IMG/VR virus record: IMGVR_UViG_3300044950_000141
Location: 1,670-65,669 of that record
Source: a virus
Taxonomy: Duplodnaviria > Heunggongvirae > Uroviricota > Caudoviricetes
DNA length: 64,000 bases
Direction: 5' to 3' (one strand)
Shown: one piece after another, positions 57,601 to 64,000 of the stretch
Layout of the letters: every line of letters begins with the position of its first letter
Numbering within the stretch: the stretch's first letter is position 1
Notes under the pieces: model-generated
Told to the model about the DNA's origin: nothing
Seen by the model: the letters and a program-made list of their open reading frames with translations, nothing else
Database searches by the model: none
Position numbers and translations under genes: made by a program

Positions 57601-58102
57601 TACATTTGGGCTTGATAAAAATAAAATAAGTAAAGGAGATGAGAGAGAGAGAATGCGTTTTTTATCAAGAGCCATGAAAGAAAAGGACGAAGCAGCAGTG
57701 AATTGGTTTGATAGAAAACCTCAACTTCCTGAAAGACCTAACTATGAAGCAGAACTAGATAAAAAAGTACGTGACTTAAATTTTGATAATGAAAATAGTT
57801 TTTTAAATTATTTTAACAAAAATCATGAAGCATATCCTTTCTTAAGAGAAATGAGACAAACTATGGTAGATGAAGGATTTATAAAAGATAAGTATCAAGA
57901 TATAAATAAAGATGCTATTTCCAATTTTTTAAATAGCAAAACAAAAAATAGATTAAAAGAAACACTTAGTCGTAAAGAAAAAGAGAGTAATACTGATATG
58001 TTACATACTCTTTTAAAAACTCTTCCAGCAGTAGCACCAGCAGTTATTGCATCTCAATCACAAGAAAAGAAAAATGGTGGCTGGTTAAACAAATATAAAT
58101 AA
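54695..58102 (+). CDS. large virion protein with two zincin HExxH motifs and four copies of a GWL(D/N)(K/A)Y motif (putative tandem metallopeptidase / cargo polyprotein)
   Basis: HELAH at 55178..55192 and HEVGH at 57464..57478. NWLDKY at 54701..54718, GWLDAY at 55304..55321, GGGWLDKY at 56627..56650 and NGGWLNKYK at 58073..58099 (C-terminus). Confidence 0.6.
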   Translation: MANWLDKYEQGGMVLKKKTKDNYGKRPNPNDVQASVGPDFVGLGYNTKGRDYSPAWGGQFQDGGKLTLPEAIVYGHKDPSTKAYFDKVRTDAEKWQDEYYWNTPTAGYNALEQMHSKYGAPKINTIREKDTAWYNPITDSMNISIPKYGDEYGNPVEDLFLHELAHKVQANKKGNVGFVKDFVGKDLINTLKNVDSSDMFTKKGWLDAYGKNYNTPGTVENEAHSVIAPKLEEEYRDIRSKQYDRLYGDMAMGGALPGAVGFTYARTQDPAPDNGKYAKKTKASAQNGSVIKDDRGQLAYPGEITEIGSNDITMQGVDYPVLGVSDTGDTQMMYPDQDYKFDGEKVTEFPMAQNGRNIPTTADSTRLYNSQMALNKFYENEMKAGRLKMNNIATIFDFNNYSGLDKDLRKENLDFYRNQILRRSNKLYTFDDLYKKIFNLSPEQVSKLENKGLGQTKGSSEYQDYYRDLITPMQNLASPFALIDKRIAPQRRISYSPKSSDYPGGEVSVYDYDPILIKPVNMLTPEERALRIKKYGKDSGIKETVSKPIQKPVSKPIPKSEPKSEPAPVVAQQATPEKPTHQPKSLYEYEGEQVMAPVPSGGGAAMVGVRKKDGTIEYIKPEDYQRMSVPKYGQDYIKSKQKMQGGGWLDKYPEPMRQDATRVAPPVLKLTDEEKLANVAKSDQAQKRALNTAKEVISERQKNKATKGDLNTPGSWKVEEKARLFPSSVGGVGEMVDEYINPATYVGVLADALGESVAARDPKGIATSLGLSAIGGGLGLDPLGGGIKAVKTLTKQLPNAAKYTLGSMYKTYNENIYPILNKEKLAPYADKIAKLNEMNAATKESLKSGELRKRLINQGLTEEEVSNMKVPNLAFFADNKSPGTSYSRYQDANKSLKLEGININFDQLNRLKDNGISLEAAYEHEVGHFLQRPLADKNPLNDLNKYNELLKNYKKDVRIYKKEGKNLSNTFGLDKNKISKGDERERMRFLSRAMKEKDEAAVNWFDRKPQLPERPNYEAELDKKVRDLNFDNENSFLNYFNKNHEAYPFLREMRQTMVDEGFIKDKYQDINKDAISNFLNSKTKNRLKETLSRKEKESNTDMLHTLLKTLPAVAPAVIASQSQEKKNGGWLNKYK

Positions 58103-58122
58103 ATCATACAATAGAGTATAAT

Positions 58123-61053
58123 ATGAAAGACCAAATATTAAAGATTGCTAAAGTAAAGTCTGAGAAGGAGTTCTACAAGAAGTATCCATCAGAGGAAGCA
58201 TTTATGAAAGCTCATGGTAAAGCATTTAAGAAAGCTGCTATGGGTAGTAAGATGGTCAATGACCAGTTACATCAGTTAACTGATTTTGGCAATCCTCCTA
58301 TTGCTCAGAAGGGAGCACAAACACCTAAGTTTGAATTTAATAAATTTGGTGCCACTGCAGACAATCCTCAAGGAAGTTTTAGTTCTGGAGCTGGACAAGC
58401 TGGTATGGCTGGTCTTCAAAACTTAGATAAGATTGCTGGTGGTATTGAAGCAATTGGTGCACAGAAGAAAGCTATTAAAAAAGCTGATCAAAGTGCTCAA
58501 TTGTCAGGACTTTCTTTACAAGCTCAACAAACAATGAAACCACCTAAGAATCAATATGTTAGACCAGAAGATGCTTTGGTACAACCAGGACAATTAGGTA
58601 ATCCTTATGGAACTGGTACAAACTATTTAGGTGCTAAAAATGGTACAATGATTGGTGGCAATCCTACAGAGATTCAAAATACATATGCTCCTACAGGAGA
58701 TATATATAATGATCTTGGATATGAACCAATGGAAGAAGCATACAAACAATACAGACGTGGTGGTAATATGCCTAAAGCAGAGTTTGGAGAATACTTCCAA
58801 GACTCAGGTCAAGCACAAATTGGTAGTGCTGTAGGAGAATCTATTGGTTCTGCCTTTGGTCCAGCAGGTGCTGCTGTTGGTAAGTTCTTAGGTAAGGTTG
58901 GAGGTAACTTATTAGGTGGTGCTAAAGATGCTAGAAACTTACAAGCACAAAAAGATAAAACTGCTTTGGCTCAAAGCCAAATGGGATTTGAACAAGCTAG
59001 ATCACAAGGTCCTCTTAATGCTAATCTAGAACATGGTGGATGGGTGAGTCATGACTGGCAGCCACAAGTGTTTGCTAAGTTTGGTGAGTATGATGCTAAA
59101 GATCTTTTGAAACCTCCACATGATGCAGACATGTTAAGAGCTGGTGGACACATTGCACAAGTGGGCTATACAGCTCCTAGTGCAGAAGCATTATACACTG
59201 GTAGAAAAGACATGCCTAAAGCTTTTGTAGGACTAGCTATGGCAGCTCCACTGATGGCAGCAAATATGGCTACTGGATATGTTATAGATAAGTTTGGTAG
59301 AACTCGTTTAAAAAATGCATTAGAAAAAACTCCTCAATTACTTGGAGCTATGGGAGGTATGGAAGATGGTGGAAAGATGGCACTAGGTGGAGAGTTACAA
59401 ATAGGAGATGGTGGATACGCAGAGACATTATCGTACAATCCTAACTTACCTGGTGGTGAGATAGGAATGTTCAGAGGAGCATCACATGACAATGGTGGCA
59501 TACAAACTCAGTATGGTGAGAATGGTGTAGAGGTAGAAGGTGGTGAACCATTTACTGTTCTAGAAGACAATGGCTCAGAAGATGGCAATAACCTAGAAGG
59601 TGGTGGATCTAAAGAGAACCTTGTTGTGTTTGGTAACATGAAAATTAATAAAAACATAGCAGATCTTATGGGAGATCCAAAAGCAAAGGGTAAGAAGTTT
59701 AAAACTTACATAGCTGATGTAGCTAAGAATGATGCAAAGCAATTAAAGAGAATCAACAAAGGTCTTGAGTTGATTCAAAGTGCAGATGAGAACAGTGCAT
59801 TTGATCATTTGCAATTAAACACAGGACAGGCAAATTTAATGGGAGGAAAAGCTTGGCAAGAGATCAATGCTGAGAAGATTAAGCAAGCAGGTATTGTACA
59901 AGATTCTATTCACAAAACAGCTAGACAACTAGGTGCTAAGAGTGATAAATTAGCTGAGGGCAAGATAGAGAAAGAAACAGATCCAAGGATGATTGCTCAA
60001 GGTGGTACAAAGATGGGGAGATATCAGGAATATACAAATGATCTAGAAGATTATGATGTAGAAGAGATACTTCCTGCTTCAGAAAATATAAATGCCTTAA
60101 GTGACATTGCTCCTAGTATTGAAGACATGCCAGGAGATCCTTCACCAAAGAAGAGCAGTAAGTTACTAAATGCATTAAAGTCAACAGGTAATTTTTTAGG
60201 AAAAGGATTTGAGAAATATGGTAATACTGCTTTATCTAACTTAGAAAACTTTTTAAGACCTAGTAATGCTAATGAAGACTTACCTCCAGACCAGTTGTAT
60301 CCTGAATACTTTGCATTGGCTAACAATCAGTTAGATCCAGTGAGAGCTCAGAAATTCCAACCAATGTTAGAAACTCCATATAACATTTCTTTGAATGATC
60401 AATTGAATGCTATTGATTCTCAATCTAGAGCAATCATGAGACAAGTTGGTAATAACCCTGGTGTATTAGCAAACATTGCAGGTCAAACATTAGAAGCTAA
60501 GAATAGGGTGCTAGGAGAAACAAACAGAATTAACCAAGCAAACGCTATGGGAGCTTATGATAGAAATAGAAATAAGTTAGATGATGCTCAAAAATTAAAC
60601 TTACAAATTCTTGACAATCAATATGTTAGACAAGCACAAGCTAAATCTAATACCAAAGCTCAAACCCAAGCTGCTTTAAGTTCTATAGCTGCTAAGACTG
60701 CACAACAAAGAGCTACTAATAGAAAGCTAGCTATTATGGAGAACATGTATGGATTCAGATTCTCTCCAAGTGGCAGAGCTATTAATATGAATGCTCCTGC
60801 TCAATTTGATACATCAGGTATGAATGCAAGAAGGTCTGGACTTTCAAGTGCAGGTTTACCAACTAACAAGAGATTTACAATAGACTCTGTAACAGGAGAA
60901 CCTGTTGGAATCAGAACATTAACTAAAGAAGAAATGGCAGGTAGTAGTTCTTCTCTATCAGAAATAGACAACTTCTTAGACAAGAATGGTGGTAAGACAC
61001 CAAAGACAAAAGCTAGAAATAGTTCAATTGTCAAAGCTCTAAAAAACCTCTAA
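58123..61053 (+). CDS. large Gly/Ala-rich virion protein (976 aa), candidate ejected/cargo protein
   Basis: ORF track; low-complexity G/A/Q-rich. Confidence 0.5.
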   Translation: MKDQILKIAKVKSEKEFYKKYPSEEAFMKAHGKAFKKAAMGSKMVNDQLHQLTDFGNPPIAQKGAQTPKFEFNKFGATADNPQGSFSSGAGQAGMAGLQNLDKIAGGIEAIGAQKKAIKKADQSAQLSGLSLQAQQTMKPPKNQYVRPEDALVQPGQLGNPYGTGTNYLGAKNGTMIGGNPTEIQNTYAPTGDIYNDLGYEPMEEAYKQYRRGGNMPKAEFGEYFQDSGQAQIGSAVGESIGSAFGPAGAAVGKFLGKVGGNLLGGAKDARNLQAQKDKTALAQSQMGFEQARSQGPLNANLEHGGWVSHDWQPQVFAKFGEYDAKDLLKPPHDADMLRAGGHIAQVGYTAPSAEALYTGRKDMPKAFVGLAMAAPLMAANMATGYVIDKFGRTRLKNALEKTPQLLGAMGGMEDGGKMALGGELQIGDGGYAETLSYNPNLPGGEIGMFRGASHDNGGIQTQYGENGVEVEGGEPFTVLEDNGSEDGNNLEGGGSKENLVVFGNMKINKNIADLMGDPKAKGKKFKTYIADVAKNDAKQLKRINKGLELIQSADENSAFDHLQLNTGQANLMGGKAWQEINAEKIKQAGIVQDSIHKTARQLGAKSDKLAEGKIEKETDPRMIAQGGTKMGRYQEYTNDLEDYDVEEILPASENINALSDIAPSIEDMPGDPSPKKSSKLLNALKSTGNFLGKGFEKYGNTALSNLENFLRPSNANEDLPPDQLYPEYFALANNQLDPVRAQKFQPMLETPYNISLNDQLNAIDSQSRAIMRQVGNNPGVLANIAGQTLEAKNRVLGETNRINQANAMGAYDRNRNKLDDAQKLNLQILDNQYVRQAQAKSNTKAQTQAALSSIAAKTAQQRATNRKLAIMENMYGFRFSPSGRAINMNAPAQFDTSGMNARRSGLSSAGLPTNKRFTIDSVTGEPVGIRTLTKEEMAGSSSSLSEIDNFLDKNGGKTPKTKARNSSIVKALKNL

Positions 61054-61139
61054 CTATTTCAGTTAGAGTAAATTAACAAAAATCATTATCGCTCTTGGTA
61101 GATCCAAATTTTTAAATTACATTTGCTAACATTATTATT

Positions 61140-63824
61140 ATGGCATCCTTTACAGATCAAATATCACAGTTTAACCCCTACATCCAGGAACTCCCAGTTG
61201 AGGCCATGGTGCAAGTTGGCATGGCCAAACAGGCCCAATATGACCAAGGTGTACGAAAAGTTCAGAGCTATATTGATAGAGTATCTGGTCTAGAAATAGC
61301 TAAGCCTCAACATAAGCAGTATCTTGAGTCAAAGATGAATGAGCTTGGTAACAGATTAAAGACTGTAGCTGCTGGAGATTTCTCTAATCAACAATTAGTT
61401 AATTCTGTTGCTGGTATGACAGGTCAGGTTGCTAAAGATCCCATAGTTCAAAATGCTGTATATTCTACAAGTGTTATTAAGAAAGGGTATTCAGAAATAG
61501 AAGCTGCTAGAAAGGCAGGTAAGTCAGGTAAAGACAATGAAGATTTTTATGAATCTAATGTAAATAACTGGATGACTGATCAAGATTTAAAAACTCCTTT
61601 CAAAGGAAGATATACACCCTATACAGATGTAGATAAGAAGCTTAGAGGATTGGTAGAAGAACTTAAGAAAAACCCTTCATCATCAAGTATTGATCAACCT
61701 TTTGTAAGAAATGATAAAGGAGAAACACTTTACTTTAAGGATGCTAAAGATAACATAGGTTCTACAGATCCTTCACAAGGAGAAAAAAGAACTGATCTTG
61801 ATATGCTTAAGATCAAAGTAAAAGGAACACCTGCTCAACAGATATATGATACCTTTGTTGATAACTTAACTAGCAACGATATAGAACAGTTAAAAATTAC
61901 TAGTTGGGCTAAGTTTAAAGGAGCAAACACTAAAACTTTTCAAGATTCTATACTAGATACATATAAGTTAAAAAAGGATATGCTAAATGAACAGATTACT
62001 AATTTAGCTGTTGAGTTACAAAATCCTAAATTAACAAGTGCACAAAAGTCTCAAGGAAATGCAATTCTTAAGAACTTGACAGACATGTATGATGGTGGAG
62101 TTCTTGATAAAAAAATGAATGAAGAACTTTCTACTCTTGATAAAAAGATTAATGAGCAAGGATTAGATACAGTTAAATATGATGTTTATGTAGATAATCA
62201 TTTCAGTCGTCTTGCTAAAGATTTATCTTTCAAAACATATGAAGAAGAAAGGGTAGCTAACCCTGCATCTCAAGCACTATTAGCTAGACAAAAGTTTCAA
62301 TTAGATCAACTTCAGTTTCAAGATGAAAGTAAGTATCGTGCTTTAAATTACGCTACAACAAGAGAGAGACTTGCATGGGAAAAATTAGTAAAAGCACAAG
62401 AGCTTGCACCTACTAATTTACTAGATGTAACTGAAGGAACAATTGGTACAGGTAAAAACATTCCTACAGTGGGAAGCGAAAGAAAAGACTTAGTAGATGT
62501 ATTATCACAAAAGTCTGAGTTAGATAGCAAATGGGCTAAATATATATTTCCTGATTTAAAAGAGGCTAATCAATATACAACTGCTCTTGGGGGATTGTTA
62601 AATGATTATAGGAAGAATCCTCAAATGAATCTGACTGCTAATCAAAAAGCATATATAAGAGAAGCTGAAGCATTGGATAATGCAGCTCAGTCAAAAATAA
62701 ATGCAATAAGCTATGCAGAGAAGAAAGGATTAGATAAAGCTATTGATAAAACAGCAAATGCTCTTGGTACTAATGATGTTGTAATTAATGGAAAAACGTT
62801 TACATCAAAAGAACTAGCAGACGTTGCTGTTAGAATGGCTGAATATAAAAAAGAGGGAATTCCAAGTTATACATCAGCTGCTACATCAGAATATGGTGTA
62901 CCAGGTCGTCCTGGTATTCCTGCTACTTTTGATGTGAGAGGAGCAACTGATTTCTTTTCAAATTATCAAGGTGGTAAATACTATTCAATAGTAGCTCCTC
63001 TTTTAAAAAGACAAACAGGAAAAGCTTTAACTGCTAGTGAAACAGATGCTTTAAATAAATTTAATACAGCATCAGATATAGTTAAACGTGAAACAGGAAA
63101 TATACCTAAGTATGAATCTGAAGCTTTGGTAGGTATAAGTCCAAGTACTGTTTCACAAAAGGCAACTTTAACTCCTGATCTTGTAAAAGGTGATGAATTA
63201 TCTATTGATAAATTCTTGACCAAAGCTATAGGTAGATACAATGCTCTTGAACAAAAACCAAATTGGAATGCTGATAATATAGCTAAGCTATGGAACACTC
63301 GTAAAAGTGGTGCTGAAGGAGGTGCAAAAGTTGGTTGGGAGCTTGAGAAGTTTAGAGATGGTACTGCACAAATAATAGTATCACAAGGAACCACTGTAGA
63401 AATAATTCCTGTACTTCCTGAAGATTTACGTAACTACTTCCCACAAGCAACACAAGTGAGTCCATTTAATCAAATAAGAGATTTAATATATACATCTCCT
63501 ACTAAGACAACAAACTTAGCAGGTGCAACAGATGATAATCCTACTAATGCAGTGAATGCTAGATACTCAGGATATGATCTTCCTCAATTAGAAAAAGCTA
63601 AAGATGCTCCTTTATTTAGATATGATATTATTGGAAGTCCAAATAATACAGGAAGATCAGAGACAGATCAATTTTTATTTGTTGGATATGTAAAAGATCC
63701 TAAAACAGATGGTTGGAAAAGAAAAGAGTTAAGTGATGGATATCAGGGAGAAGGAAAGATGTTACAAATAATGAGTCTTTGGAATAAAGATAATATAACA
63801 GAAGCACAAAAAACTTGGAAATAA
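61140..63824 (+). CDS. large virion protein (894 aa), candidate ejected/cargo protein
   Basis: ORF track. Confidence 0.5.
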   Translation: MASFTDQISQFNPYIQELPVEAMVQVGMAKQAQYDQGVRKVQSYIDRVSGLEIAKPQHKQYLESKMNELGNRLKTVAAGDFSNQQLVNSVAGMTGQVAKDPIVQNAVYSTSVIKKGYSEIEAARKAGKSGKDNEDFYESNVNNWMTDQDLKTPFKGRYTPYTDVDKKLRGLVEELKKNPSSSSIDQPFVRNDKGETLYFKDAKDNIGSTDPSQGEKRTDLDMLKIKVKGTPAQQIYDTFVDNLTSNDIEQLKITSWAKFKGANTKTFQDSILDTYKLKKDMLNEQITNLAVELQNPKLTSAQKSQGNAILKNLTDMYDGGVLDKKMNEELSTLDKKINEQGLDTVKYDVYVDNHFSRLAKDLSFKTYEEERVANPASQALLARQKFQLDQLQFQDESKYRALNYATTRERLAWEKLVKAQELAPTNLLDVTEGTIGTGKNIPTVGSERKDLVDVLSQKSELDSKWAKYIFPDLKEANQYTTALGGLLNDYRKNPQMNLTANQKAYIREAEALDNAAQSKINAISYAEKKGLDKAIDKTANALGTNDVVINGKTFTSKELADVAVRMAEYKKEGIPSYTSAATSEYGVPGRPGIPATFDVRGATDFFSNYQGGKYYSIVAPLLKRQTGKALTASETDALNKFNTASDIVKRETGNIPKYESEALVGISPSTVSQKATLTPDLVKGDELSIDKFLTKAIGRYNALEQKPNWNADNIAKLWNTRKSGAEGGAKVGWELEKFRDGTAQIIVSQGTTVEIIPVLPEDLRNYFPQATQVSPFNQIRDLIYTSPTKTTNLAGATDDNPTNAVNARYSGYDLPQLEKAKDAPLFRYDIIGSPNNTGRSETDQFLFVGYVKDPKTDGWKRKELSDGYQGEGKMLQIMSLWNKDNITEAQKTWK

Positions 63825-63826
63825 CA

Positions 63827-64000
63827 TGGCAATATCTGAGCAAGAACCTATACAAGATAATGATTACTTAAGTGAATTAGGTGCACCTAAATCTGTTTTA
63901 GGTTCTGCAAAGCCAGTAGACTTATCTATTGGAGGGGCTTTATATGGTCCTGAAAAACAACGTGGATTAAGTATTGATGAAATAATAAATTTACCAGACG
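63827..64000 (+). CDS. hypothetical protein, N-terminal fragment (continues beyond window)
   Basis: ATG at 63827 (MAISEQEPIQDNDYLSELGAPKSVLGSAKP...), no stop before the window end. Confidence 0.35.

Noticed and set aside
1-64000. CRISPR arrays, rRNA genes, integrase/att sites
   Set aside because: No regularly spaced direct repeats of 25-40 bp, no rRNA-like conserved stretches and no tyrosine/serine recombinase motifs were seen. The only direct repeats are the 15-bp pair at 23017/23203.

Overview
The window looks like one contiguous segment of a tailed dsDNA phage genome, with two divergently transcribed modules separated by a roughly 2.8 kb mostly non-coding control region. It is AT-rich (about one third GC) and there are no Shine-Dalgarno sequences ahead of genes, only A-rich leaders and one good TTTG/TAnnTTTG promoter, which points to a Bacteroidota host (inference). 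The gene order resembles crAss-like phages: DnaG-like primase, DnaB-like ATPase and SF2 helicase in the early block, an HU-like gene at the head of the late block, and TerL directly followed by portal and MCP. I cannot confirm the taxonomy without a search.

Left module (1..22441, all on the minus strand) is the replication / nucleotide-metabolism block. It holds a family B DNA polymerase (motifs seen), a DnaG-like primase with a degenerate zinc finger, a DnaB/RecA-fold ATPase, a DExH SF2 helicase and a Sak4-like P-loop ATPase. It also holds a putative SSB with an acidic tail, a UDG-fold protein whose catalytic Asp is replaced by Cys, two HNH endonucleases, and an unusual 782-aa Hsp90/MORC-type GHKL ATPase. 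Many small ORFs, one very acidic protein and two small 2-TM proteins complete the block.

The middle region (22442..25246) contains a disrupted tRNA-like locus flanked by 15-bp direct repeats and 9-bp inverted repeats, and one GC-rich, codon-optimised gene on the minus strand. It also has a cluster of G5-G7 tracts, an intrinsic terminator on the plus strand, palindromic operator-like motifs, and a Bacteroidetes-type -33/-7 promoter that launches the late module.

Right module (25247..64000, all on the plus strand) is the virion block. It begins with an HU/IHF-like protein, a Zn-ribbon protein and a possible small terminase. These are followed by the large terminase, a portal with a Gln-rich coiled-coil tail, an SPFH/stomatin-like protein, an acidic scaffold-like protein and a codon-optimised putative major capsid protein. 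Further downstream are a tail-collar fiber, a collagen-like (G-X-Y)n fiber ending in a self-cleaving S74 intramolecular-chaperone domain, and a BNR/Asp-box beta-propeller protein. A metallophosphoesterase-like protein and four very large proteins (1583, 1135, 976 and 894 aa) complete the block.

The 1135-aa protein is the most intriguing feature. It looks like a tandem of two zincin (HExxH) modules, each delimited by a repeated GGWL(D/N)KY motif. No CRISPR arrays, rRNA or virion RNA polymerase signatures were seen.
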